From Thermoplasmata archaeon (GTDB lineage Archaea; Thermoplasmatota; Thermoplasmata; Lutacidiplasmatales; UBA184): DNA of 64,000 nucleotides. Positions 7,457 through 16,391 of the stretch are shown here, piece after piece. How positions within the stretch are numbered: position 1 is the first letter of the stretch; every line of letters begins with the position of its first letter. The position numbers were made by a program, and so were the translations under genes. The notes under the pieces were generated by a model, which saw only the letters and a program-made list of their open reading frames with translations, did no database searches and was not told the origin of the DNA. The stretch is from the NCBI GenBank assembly GCA_038729445.1, contig JAVYSA010000001.1:12300-76299 (forward strand), in the 5' to 3' direction.

Positions 7457-9790
7457 ATGGTCGCCACGCCCGGTCCCCGCGACCCCCTGCCCGCCGGGGT
7501 GGCGTCGGTGCCGGTGCGCCGGCCGTCCTTGGCCTCCCTTCTCGCGGAGAGCCGACGGCGCCGGTGGGGGTTCGACCGGGAGGAGCTCGGGCGGATCCGC
7601 CGCCACTTCCTCCGGGAGGGACGGGATCCGACCGACGTGGAGATCGCCGGGCTGGCCCAGAGCTGGAGCGAGCACTGCAGCTACAAGTCGAGCCGGCCGT
7701 TCCTCCGCCGCTGGCTCGGGCCCCTCCGGCGCGATCGCCGGGTCCTCGCCGCGGGCGACGCGGGGGTCATGCGCCTCGCCCCGGGCCTCGCCTACGCCCT
7801 GCGGATCGAGTCGCACAACCATCCGTCGGCCGTCGAGCCGTACGGGGGCGCCGCGACCGGAATCGGGGGGATCCTGCGCGACGTCCTGGCGGTCGGCGCC
7901 AAGCCGATCGCGCTCGCGGACCCGCTCTTCTTCGGACCGCTCAACACCCCTGCTTCGGACGTGCCTTCGGGGGTCCGCCGGCCGGCGTACCTCTTCGACG
8001 GGGTCGTCGCCGGGATCCGCGACTACGGCAACCGGGTCGGCGTGCCGACCGTCGCCGGCAGCGTGGGGTTCGATCCGGCCTACCTCGTGAACCCCCTGGT
8101 CAACGTCGGCTGCGTCGGGATCGTCCCACCGCGCCGGATCGTGCCGAACCGCGCCCGGCGCGCGGGGGACCACGTGGTGCTGGTCGGGGGCCGGACCGGC
8201 CGCGACGGGATCGGCGGCGTGGCGTTCGCCTCCCGCGAGCTCACCGAGGGGAGCGAGCGGGAGGAGCGCGGGGCGGTCCAGCTCGGCAACCCGATCCTGA
8301 AGGAGCCGCTGATCCATGCCTGCCTCGAGGCGCGGGACCGCGGTTGGATCCGTGCCATGAAGGACCTCGGCGGGGGGGGTCTTGCGACCGCGCTCGGGGA
8401 GCTCGCCCATGCCGGCGGGCTCGGGCTGCGGATCGACCTCGCCCGCGTCCCGCTGCGCGACACCGGTCTGGCGCCATGGGAGATCTGGATCAGCGAGTCG
8501 CAGGAGCGGATGGCCCTCGAGGTCCGTCCGTCGGACGTCCGAACCCTGATGGCCCTGTTCGAGCGCTATGACGTCCCCGCCTCCGACCTCGGGGCCTTCG
8601 TCCCCGGGGCGAGGGAGACGATCCTCTACGACGGGACCGTGGTGGCGGACCTCGACCTCGGCTTCCGGGTCGACCCGCCCGCGAAGCGCCGCCCGGTGCG
8701 GGCCCCGTCCGCGGCCCGCCACCCCCCACCGGTGACCCCGAGGGCTCCCGATCTGGGCCGGCTCGTCGAGGAGCTGCTGCTGGATCCGACCGCGCGCTCC
8801 CGGGAGGGCGTCATCCGCCAGTACGACCACGAGGTCCAGGGACGCGCCGTGCTCGGGTCCCTCCACGGGAGACCGGTCTCCCCGAGCCACGGCGACGCCG
8901 CGGTGCTGCGGCCGACCCCGACGGGCCCGCACGGGATCGCCATCACGGTCGCCAGCGACCCATGGCGGGGGGCGATCGATCCGTATCAGGGGGCGCTTGC
9001 GGCCGTCGAGGAGGCCGCCCGGAACCTCTACGCCGTCGGCGCCCGCCCCGACGCCTTCTCCGACTGCCTCAACTTCGGCAATCCGGAGGATCCCCGGGTC
9101 CTCGGGGCGTTCGACCGGGCCGTGCGCGGGCTGGCCGAGGGGGCCCGGGCCCTCGGGTTCGCGGTCCCCAGCGGCAACGTGAGCCTCTACAACGGGGGAA
9201 TCGGCCACGCGATCCCGCCGACCCCCGTGCTCCTCGCGACGGGGATCGTGGCCCGGGTGGAGCGGACGATCAGCAGCGACCTCAAGCGGGAGGGAAACCC
9301 GCTCTTCCTCCTGGGCCCGAGCCGGCCGGAGCTGGGCGGCTCCCTCTGGGCCCGGCGCCGGGGCGGCAGGCCACTTCCGGTCCCCCCGGCCGATCCCCGG
9401 GGGCTCCGGCGGAGGGGCGACGCGCTCCTCGGCTGGATCGGAAGGGGATGGGTCCGGGCCGCCCACGACGTCGCGGACGGGGGTCTCGGCGTCGCCCTCG
9501 CCGAGATGGCGTTCGGGGGGGGCCTCGGCTTCGAGGCCGATCTCGCGGCCACCGGCCTGCCAGGCACCACCCTGGCGGCGATCGCCGAGGGAGGGTCGCG
9601 CTGGGTGCTGGAGGTCGACGCGGCGGCGGAGGACCGGGTCGCCCGCCGCGGACGGGCGCTCGGGCTCGTACCCCTGGGCCGGGTCCTCCCGGACCCGGTC
9701 GGACGGCTCCTCTGGCGGCGGGAGGTCTCGGCCTCCCTCGACCTGGCCGCGCTCTACCCCCGGTGGCGGGACGGCCCAGGCTTCGGATGA
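7457..9790 (+). CDS. purL: Phosphoribosylformylglycinamidine synthase subunit PurL
   Basis: QSWSEHCSYKSS, ESHNHPSAVEPYGGAATGIGGILRD, GRDGIGG, SESQERM, RQYDHEV, DCLNFGNPE, SGNVSLYN. Confidence 0.97.
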   Translation: MVATPGPRDPLPAGVASVPVRRPSLASLLAESRRRRWGFDREELGRIRRHFLREGRDPTDVEIAGLAQSWSEHCSYKSSRPFLRRWLGPLRRDRRVLAAGDAGVMRLAPGLAYALRIESHNHPSAVEPYGGAATGIGGILRDVLAVGAKPIALADPLFFGPLNTPASDVPSGVRRPAYLFDGVVAGIRDYGNRVGVPTVAGSVGFDPAYLVNPLVNVGCVGIVPPRRIVPNRARRAGDHVVLVGGRTGRDGIGGVAFASRELTEGSEREERGAVQLGNPILKEPLIHACLEARDRGWIRAMKDLGGGGLATALGELAHAGGLGLRIDLARVPLRDTGLAPWEIWISESQERMALEVRPSDVRTLMALFERYDVPASDLGAFVPGARETILYDGTVVADLDLGFRVDPPAKRRPVRAPSAARHPPPVTPRAPDLGRLVEELLLDPTARSREGVIRQYDHEVQGRAVLGSLHGRPVSPSHGDAAVLRPTPTGPHGIAITVASDPWRGAIDPYQGALAAVEEAARNLYAVGARPDAFSDCLNFGNPEDPRVLGAFDRAVRGLAEGARALGFAVPSGNVSLYNGGIGHAIPPTPVLLATGIVARVERTISSDLKREGNPLFLLGPSRPELGGSLWARRRGGRPLPVPPADPRGLRRRGDALLGWIGRGWVRAAHDVADGGLGVALAEMAFGGGLGFEADLAATGLPGTTLAAIAEGGSRWVLEVDAAAEDRVARRGRALGLVPLGRVLPDPVGRLLWRREVSASLDLAALYPRWRDGPGFG

Positions 9791-10512
9791 CCCCTGGGCC
9801 GACGGGACCGCCGCGGGCGGTCACGACCGCGCTCGTCTCCGGTGGGAAGGACTCCATCTACGCCGCGTACCTGGCCTCGACCCAAGGCTGGCCCGTGCGG
9901 GAGCTGCTCGTGATGGAGCCGCAGGAGACCGACTCCTGGATGTTCCACACCCCCAACCTCGCGCTGGTCGACCGGCAGGCGGAGGCGATGGGCGTGCCGG
10001 TCCGGCGTGTCCCGGTCGGGGCTTCGGGGCCGGAGGCGGAGACCCGGGCGCTGGCCGACGCCCTCCGGGAGGGGGCCCCGGGGCCCGTGAGCGTCGGGGC
10101 GATCGCCTCCTCGTTCCAGTGGCGGCGGGTGATCGCCGCGGCGGATGCCGCCCGACGGAGGGTCTATGCCCCGCTCTGGCGCGTCGATCCGATGCGCGTC
10201 GTCTCCGAGGAGATCGCGGCCGGGCTCGACATCCGCCTCGTCCAGGTCGCCGCGGAGGGGCTCGGGGAGGGGTGGCTCGGGCGCCGGCTCGACCGGGAGG
10301 CGCTTGCCGCGATCGCCGCGCTCGCCGAGCGGGGGCCCGCGGTCCATCCCGCGGGGGAGGGCGGGGAGTTCGAGACCGTGGTGCTCGACGCCCCGTTCTT
10401 CCGCCGCCGCCTCGTGCCGGAGCGGAGCCGGATCGAGCGGAGGGGACCGTGGGCCCGCTGGACGATCGAGCGGGCGCGCACCGAGGCGAAGGGGACCCCT
10501 CGGACCCGATAA
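9787..10512 (+). CDS. dph6: Diphthine--ammonia ligase (Dph6, PP-loop ATPase)
   Basis: SGGKDSIYA, DSWMFHTPN, GAIASSFQ, PLW, HPAGEGGEFET; ATGA overlap with the purL stop. Confidence 0.9.
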   Translation: MTPGPTGPPRAVTTALVSGGKDSIYAAYLASTQGWPVRELLVMEPQETDSWMFHTPNLALVDRQAEAMGVPVRRVPVGASGPEAETRALADALREGAPGPVSVGAIASSFQWRRVIAAADAARRRVYAPLWRVDPMRVVSEEIAAGLDIRLVQVAAEGLGEGWLGRRLDREALAAIAALAERGPAVHPAGEGGEFETVVLDAPFFRRRLVPERSRIERRGPWARWTIERARTEAKGTPRTR

Positions 10513-10539
10513 TACGGATCGCGGCGTACCGGGCCGGCG

Positions 10540-11289
10540 ATGGCGACCGCCCCTCCCGGATGGGCCACGGCGCTTGCCCTCGGCGATCGCCGGGCCCGGC
10601 CGGACGGTGCGTGGCTCGAGGCGATCACGGGCGTGCCGGCCGGGCGCTGGCTCCCGTTCTTCCGCGAGCTCGACGCCGCGATCGGGCCGGAGGAGGAGAT
10701 CGGCCGCCGGCTCCGCGCGGAGGGGCGGAGGGGCTTCGCGCAGTTCCGGGCGCCGGTCGAGCTCTACGCGCTCGTCCGGTGGCTCCGTCCGGACCACGCG
10801 GTCGAGACCGGGGTGAGCAGCGGGGTCTCGAGCGCCCACATCCTCCGGGGGCTCGCCCGCAACCGCCGCGGGACGCTCCACTCGATCGACCGTCCGACGT
10901 TCGTGCGGGGCACGCGCTGGACCCCGAGGGACTCACCGGTCGCCCTGCCGCCGGGCCGCTCCCCGGGCTGGGCGATTCCGGCACCGCTGCGCCGCCGCTG
11001 GGACCTTCGGATCGGCCCGAGCGCGGCGGTGCTGCCGGCGCTCGTCCGGAGCCTCCCGTCGATCGGCCTCTTCCTGCACGACGACGAGCACACGCCCACG
11101 AACCTCTCCCGGGAGCTCCGGACGATCCGGCCCCTCCTGCGGCCGGGAGCGATCGTCCTCGCCGACAACACCCGCTGGACCGGGACGGCCTTCCCGCGGT
11201 TCGCGCGGGCGATCGGCGCGACCGTCCACCGGCGGCGCGGGAGCGACCTGGTCGGGCTCCGGGTCCCCGGGCCGGGCAGCGGAGGTTAA
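10540..11289 (+). CDS. Class I SAM-dependent methyltransferase (Methyltransf_24-like)
   Basis: LYALVRWLRPDHAVETGVSSGVSS, LHSID, LFLHDDEH, GAIVLADN. Confidence 0.8.
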   Translation: MATAPPGWATALALGDRRARPDGAWLEAITGVPAGRWLPFFRELDAAIGPEEEIGRRLRAEGRRGFAQFRAPVELYALVRWLRPDHAVETGVSSGVSSAHILRGLARNRRGTLHSIDRPTFVRGTRWTPRDSPVALPPGRSPGWAIPAPLRRRWDLRIGPSAAVLPALVRSLPSIGLFLHDDEHTPTNLSRELRTIRPLLRPGAIVLADNTRWTGTAFPRFARAIGATVHRRRGSDLVGLRVPGPGSGG

Positions 11290-11313
11290 GTCCCCCCGCC
11301 CTCTGGCCGGACG

Positions 11314-13014
11314 ATGGCGGTCAGTCGTCCCGATCGCCGGGCCGAGGCGCCGGCCCCCGGACGCCCTTCCGTCGCGGAGGCCCGCCGCCGGTGGGAGGAG
11401 CAGACGGTCCGGCCCGCGCTCGCCCGGGCGCCCGAGCGCCGGGAGCGGTTCGAGACCTTGGGCGGTATTCCGATCGACCGGCTCTACGACCCGTCGGTCC
11501 CGGCGACGCGCGATCCGGGCTTTCCCGGGGAGTACCCGTTCACCCGGGGGATCCATCCGACGATGTACGCGGGCCGGCTCTGGTCGATGCGCATGTTCTC
11601 CGGATTCGGCACCCCGGAGGACACCAACCGGCGCTTCCACTACCTGCTCTCCCACGGCGAGACCGGCCTCTCCATCGCGTTCGACGACCCGACGCTCTAC
11701 GGGATCGACGCGGACGATCCGGAGGCGCTCGGGGAGGTCGGCAAGTGCGGGGTGAACGTGAGCTCGCTGGAGGACATGCAGCGGCTGCTTCGCGGCGTCC
11801 CGCTCGACCGCGTGACGACCAGCATGACGATCAACGGCCCCGCGAACATCGTCTGGGGGATGTACATCCTCGCCGCGGAGGCCGCGGGCGTGCCGGCCGA
11901 GCGCCTGGGCGGCACCACGCAGAACGACATCCTCAAGGAGTACACCGCCCAGAAGGAGTTCCTCTACCCGCCGCGCCCGGCGCTCCGGCTCGTCGTCGAC
12001 ACGATCGAGCACGCGACCCGGACGATGCCCAAGTGGAACCCCGTGTCGATCTCGGGCTACCACATCCGCGAGGCCGGCTCGACCGCCGCGCAGGAGCTCG
12101 CCTTCACCCTCGCGGACGGGATGACCTACGTCGAGGAGACGATCCGCCGCGGGATCCCGGTCGACGACTTCGCGCCGCGCCTGAGCTTCTTCTTCAACAG
12201 CCACAACGACTTCTTCGAGGAGATCGCCAAGTTCCGCGCCGCCCGCCGCGTCTGGGCGAAAGTGATGCGGGAGCGGTTCGGCGCCCGGAAGGAACGCTCG
12301 CTCTGGCTGCGCTTCCACACGCAGACGGCGGGTTGCTCCTGCACGGCGCAGCAGCCCGAGCTCAACATCGTCCGGACGACGGTCCAGGCCCTCGCGGGGG
12401 TCCTCGGCGGGACCCAGTCGCTGCACACGAACTCCTACGACGAGGCGATCCAGCTGCCGAGCGAGGACGCCGTCCGCATCGCCCTGCGGACGCAGCAGAT
12501 CCTCGCCCACGAGACGGGGCTCGCGACGGTCGTCGATCCCTTCGGCGGGAGCTACTACGTCGAGTGGCTCACGGACCGCCTCGAGGAGGAGGCGTTCCGC
12601 TACTTCGACCGGATCGACGAGATGGGCGGCGTCGTCGCCGCCATCGAGCGCGGGTTCTTCCAGCGGGAGATCCAGGAGTCGTCGTTCCGCTACCAGCGGG
12701 CCGTCGAGCAGGGGACGGCGACGGTCGTCGGCGTCAATGCCTACACCCTTGACGAGCCGGTGCGGGTCCCCCGCCTGAAGATCTCGGAGCGGGCGCGTCG
12801 GGAGCAGTCCCGCCGGCTCGCCCGCCTCAGGGCCACCCGCGATGCGGCCCGCCACGCCCGCGCGCTCGAGGCGCTGGCCCGCGTCGCGCGGACCGAGCGG
12901 GAGAACACCATGCCCGCCGTGCTCGACGCCCTGCGCGCCCGCGCGACCCTCGGGGAGATCGTGCGGACGTTCCAGGAGGTCTACGGCCGCTACCGCGAGC
13001 GCTCGGCGTACTAG
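11314..13014 (+). CDS. Coenzyme B12-dependent acyl-CoA mutase large subunit (methylmalonyl-CoA mutase family, isobutyryl-CoA mutase-like residues)
   Basis: [74 protein letters not shown]; no C-terminal B12-binding domain. Confidence 0.93.
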   Translation: MAVSRPDRRAEAPAPGRPSVAEARRRWEEQTVRPALARAPERRERFETLGGIPIDRLYDPSVPATRDPGFPGEYPFTRGIHPTMYAGRLWSMRMFSGFGTPEDTNRRFHYLLSHGETGLSIAFDDPTLYGIDADDPEALGEVGKCGVNVSSLEDMQRLLRGVPLDRVTTSMTINGPANIVWGMYILAAEAAGVPAERLGGTTQNDILKEYTAQKEFLYPPRPALRLVVDTIEHATRTMPKWNPVSISGYHIREAGSTAAQELAFTLADGMTYVEETIRRGIPVDDFAPRLSFFFNSHNDFFEEIAKFRAARRVWAKVMRERFGARKERSLWLRFHTQTAGCSCTAQQPELNIVRTTVQALAGVLGGTQSLHTNSYDEAIQLPSEDAVRIALRTQQILAHETGLATVVDPFGGSYYVEWLTDRLEEEAFRYFDRIDEMGGVVAAIERGFFQREIQESSFRYQRAVEQGTATVVGVNAYTLDEPVRVPRLKISERARREQSRRLARLRATRDAARHARALEALARVARTERENTMPAVLDALRARATLGEIVRTFQEVYGRYRERSAY

Positions 13015-14407
13015 CGGTCCGGCCCGCGCCGGCCCGGAGGCCTACCGCCGCGCGCTGCGGTCGCTCTACGCGCGTCGCCGCTTCGGCCTGCGCCCGACGC
13101 TCGACGTCGAACGCGCCCTCCTGCGGGCGCTCGGCGACCCCCAGCGGTCGGCGCCGTCGATCCACATCACCGGCAGCAAGGGCAAGGGCTCGGTCGCCAC
13201 GATGGCCGCGGCGATCCTCCGCTCGCAGGGCCGGTCGGTCGGGCTCTACACGAGCCCCCACCTCGTCAGCTACCGGGAGCGCATGCGCGTCGACGGTCGC
13301 CCGATCCCCCGGGACGAGGTCGCCCGGAGGCTCGTCACGATCGAGCGGGTCGCCGCCCGGCTCGAATCGACCGGGGCGATCGAGCGGCGGCCGACGTTCT
13401 TCGAGGTCACGACGGCGCTCGCGTTCTCCTGGTTCGCCTCCCGCCGGGTCGACGCCCTGGTCGTCGAGGTCGGCATCGGCGGGCGGTGGGACGCCACGAA
13501 CCTCCTTGCCTCGCGCGTGGGGGTCATCACGTCGCTCGAGCTCGAGCACACCGACATCCTGGGACCGACGGTCGCGGCGATCGCCGGCGAGAAGGCCGGC
13601 ATCCTCCACCCCGGAATGGCCGGCGTCCTGGGGGAGCTCCCTCCCGAGGGGCGCGCGGTCGTCCGAGCGGCGGCCGCGGAGGCGGGGGTCGACCTCTGGG
13701 AGGTCCCCTCGCAGATCGGGGTGAGGGAACGGCGCGCGACGCCCCGGGGCCAGTCGTTCGTGGCCTCGTGGCCGGGGGTCCCTGCGATGCCGGTCCGGAT
13801 CCCCCTCGCCGGCGATGTGCAGGCCGCCAACGCGGCGATCGCCCTCGCGGCGTGCGACCGGTTCCTCCGCGCGGAGGGAGGGAGGCTCGACCGCCGGGCC
13901 GCCGCCGCGGCCCTCGCCCGGACCGACGTGCCGGGCCGGCTCGACCGGCTCGGGCGGCGGCCGTGGGTCTACCTCGACGTCGCCCACACGCCCGAGAGCG
14001 TGCGGGCGGCCGTCCGCAGCCTGAAGGAGCGCCACCCCGACCACGACCCGGACCGCTCCGCCGTCGTCTTCGGCTGCCTGCGCGGCAAGCGGCACGAGAC
14101 GATGCTCGGGCTGCTCCGCCCGTTCGCCCGTACGGCCGTGCTCGTGCCGGTGCCGTCCGAGCGGGGGCTCCCGACGGAGACCCTCCGCCCCGCGGCGCGC
14201 CGGGAGTTCCCGACGGTCCTCGTGGCGGCGGACGCCCCCCAGGGGCTCCGCTGGGCCCGGGCCGCGGTCCCGCCGGACGGCTGGGTCCTGGCGATCGGCA
14301 GCGACTACCTGGTCGGGGAGATCCTGCGCGCCCGCCGGCCGTCCGCGGCGGTGGGGGAACCGGATCTGTCGGACCCGGGCCGTACCGGCCCCGGAGGGAG
14401 GCGGTGA
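13013..14407 (+). CDS. folC: Folylpolyglutamate/dihydrofolate synthase (Mur ligase family); start codon unresolved
   Basis: IHITGSKGKGS, GLYTSPHL, RER, TFFEVTT, VVEVGIGGRWDATN, EHTDILG, EKAGI, PGR, LDVAHT. The 5' coordinate is a placeholder; see findings. Confidence 0.85.
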   Translation, partial: SGPARAGPEAYRRALRSLYARRRFGLRPTLDVERALLRALGDPQRSAPSIHITGSKGKGSVATMAAAILRSQGRSVGLYTSPHLVSYRERMRVDGRPIPRDEVARRLVTIERVAARLESTGAIERRPTFFEVTTALAFSWFASRRVDALVVEVGIGGRWDATNLLASRVGVITSLELEHTDILGPTVAAIAGEKAGILHPGMAGVLGELPPEGRAVVRAAAAEAGVDLWEVPSQIGVRERRATPRGQSFVASWPGVPAMPVRIPLAGDVQAANAAIALAACDRFLRAEGGRLDRRAAAAALARTDVPGRLDRLGRRPWVYLDVAHTPESVRAAVRSLKERHPDHDPDRSAVVFGCLRGKRHETMLGLLRPFARTAVLVPVPSERGLPTETLRPAARREFPTVLVAADAPQGLRWARAAVPPDGWVLAIGSDYLVGEILRARRPSAAVGEPDLSDPGRTGPGGRR

Positions 14408-15210
14408 CGCCGCCGGCGGAGTTCCCCTGGCCGGAGGTGCTCGACCGCCTCAGCCGCCTCTACGGGACCGGCGACTGGAGGGTCCCGTACCTGCGCGATC
14501 ACGCCGAGGACCCGTTCCAGGTGCTCATCGGCACGATCCTCTCCCAGCGGACCCGCGACGAGGCGACCGACCGGGCGAGCGGGGCGCTCTTCGCGCGGTA
14601 CCCGACGGCCGCCGCCCTCGCCGCGGCGCGTCCGGCGGAGGTCGAGCGGAGGATCCGCCCGGTCGGGTTCTACCGCACCAAGGCCCGGGCGGTCGTCCGG
14701 TGCGCCCGGGAGATCCTGGACCGGTTCGGCGGCCAGGTCCCCGCGACGGTCGAGGCCCTGACGAGCCTCCCCGGCGTCGGCCGCAAGACCGCGAACTGCG
14801 TGCTCGTCTTCGGCTACGGGATCCCCGCCATCCCCGTCGACACCCATGTCCACCGGATCGCCAACCGGCTCGGCCTCGTGCGGACCGCCACGCCGGAGGA
14901 GACGGAGCAGGCGCTGCGCCGCACGGTCGACCCCCGGTTCTGGATCCCCCTCAACCCCCTGCTCGTCCAGCACGGGCAGAACCTGTGCCGGCCGATCCGG
15001 CCGCGCTGTCCGGACTGTCCGATCGCCCCGATGTGCGCGACGGGCCGAGCCCGTTCCGGCGGCCCGTCCGCGGGACGAGGGCGAGCGCCCCCAACGGGAC
15101 GATCGCCGCGGCGGCGAGCAGGACCCACGCGATCGGATACCCGTAGAGCCCGACCCAGGCCCCGAACGCCGCGGAGACGGCCGCCCCGCCCGCGAGCTGG
15201 ATCGCGTTGA
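14404..15210 (+). CDS. nth: Endonuclease III (HhH-GPD, 4Fe-4S)
   Basis: PFQVLIGTILSQRT, LPGVGRKTA, IPVDTHVHRIANR, C-x6-C-x2-C-x5-C; GTG overlaps the folC stop. Confidence 0.93.
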   Translation: MTPPAEFPWPEVLDRLSRLYGTGDWRVPYLRDHAEDPFQVLIGTILSQRTRDEATDRASGALFARYPTAAALAAARPAEVERRIRPVGFYRTKARAVVRCAREILDRFGGQVPATVEALTSLPGVGRKTANCVLVFGYGIPAIPVDTHVHRIANRLGLVRTATPEETEQALRRTVDPRFWIPLNPLLVQHGQNLCRPIRPRCPDCPIAPMCATGRARSGGPSAGRGRAPPTGRSPRRRAGPTRSDTRRARPRPRTPRRRPPRPRAGSR

Positions 15211-16300
15211 ACAGGCCGATCCCGATCGGGATCTCGTCGTCGGGCAGGCCGGGGAGGTACGCCGGCAGAACGTACATCACCGCGTAGACGAAGCCGTAGC
15301 CGAAGGAGAAGGCCGTCCCGATCGCCGCGGCCCCGGCGGCGCCGGCCCACGGCAGGGCGAACAGCGTCCCCGCGCCGATCGCGGTCGCGGCCGCGAGCTG
15401 GGTGCGCCGGTTCGTCCGGCGCTCGGCGACCACCCCCCCGACCGGGCCGCCGAAGACGCTCGGGAAGACGAAGGCCATCCCCACGCCCCCCGCGAGCGCC
15501 GCACTCCAGCCGAGGGTTGTCGTCCCGTACGGGACGATGAACTGTCCGGTCGCGAAGGAGGCCCCCTCGAGGCCGACGAAGGCGAGCCCGATCGCCCAGA
15601 TCGACCGGAGCCGGAGCGCCCGCGGGACCGACGCGCCCCACGGGCCGCGGGCGCCGCTCGGCCGGGACGGGCGCGCCCCCGCCGCCGGCGGGATCCCGAG
15701 CCAGGCGGCGGCGGTCAGCGCGAGGAGCCCGGCGCCGCCAACCGCGAGGTCGACCGACCAGCCGAGGGTCGCCACCACGAGGGCGCTCACGACGATGCCG
15801 GCGGCGGCCCCCGCGCTGAAGGCGGAGCTGAAGGTGCCGACCGGCAGCCCCCGCTCCCCCTCCGCGTAGAGGCTTCCGACCAACCCGATCGCGGGGGAGA
15901 AGAACAGGGCGGCCCCCGCCCCCGCGGCGGCCCGCAGCAGGAGGAGGCCGTCGAAGCTCGGGGCGAGGGGGCTCGCGAGGCTCGCCAGACCGAGCAGCGC
16001 CGCACCGGTGAGGGCGGTCCGGCGGGAACCCCAGCGCCGCGAGAGCATCCCGGCGGGGACCTGGAGGAGCCCCGCCGCCACGAGGAACGCCCCGACCAGG
16101 TACCCCCACTCCACCGGGCCGACGCCGTAGGCGAGCCCGATGGCGGGCAGCGCCGGCCCGATCGTGAACCAGTTGTAGGCGTAGCCGGCGCGCACGGCGA
16201 TCATCAGCGTGGTCGCCCGCCGGCGCGCGCGACGGTCGAGGGGGAGGGGCGGCGATGGGGCCGGGCCCAATCCCTCCGGACGCACGACCGAGCCGTCCAT
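14951..16300 (-). CDS. MFS transporter
   Basis: About 12 hydrophobic segments; motif A-like GMLSRRWGSRR; LLLRAAAGAG. Confidence 0.88.
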   Translation of the reverse strand: MDGSVVRPEGLGPAPSPPLPLDRRARRRATTLMIAVRAGYAYNWFTIGPALPAIGLAYGVGPVEWGYLVGAFLVAAGLLQVPAGMLSRRWGSRRTALTGAALLGLASLASPLAPSFDGLLLLRAAAGAGAALFFSPAIGLVGSLYAEGERGLPVGTFSSAFSAGAAAGIVVSALVVATLGWSVDLAVGGAGLLALTAAAWLGIPPAAGARPSRPSGARGPWGASVPRALRLRSIWAIGLAFVGLEGASFATGQFIVPYGTTTLGWSAALAGGVGMAFVFPSVFGGPVGGVVAERRTNRRTQLAAATAIGAGTLFALPWAGAAGAAAIGTAFSFGYGFVYAVMYVLPAYLPGLPDDEIPIGIGLFNAIQLAGGAAVSAAFGAWVGLYGYPIAWVLLAAAAIVPLGALALVPRTGRRNGLGPSRTSGRSDSPDSAAGSAGTGSARAGRAGG

Positions 16301-16391
16301 GGCCCCGGCCGTCGAGCACCGGGGGCACTTAGGCCCGGTGGCGGCAGCGAACCCCTTATGCTCCGCCGCCCGTGCGCGGGGCGTGGCGCCG

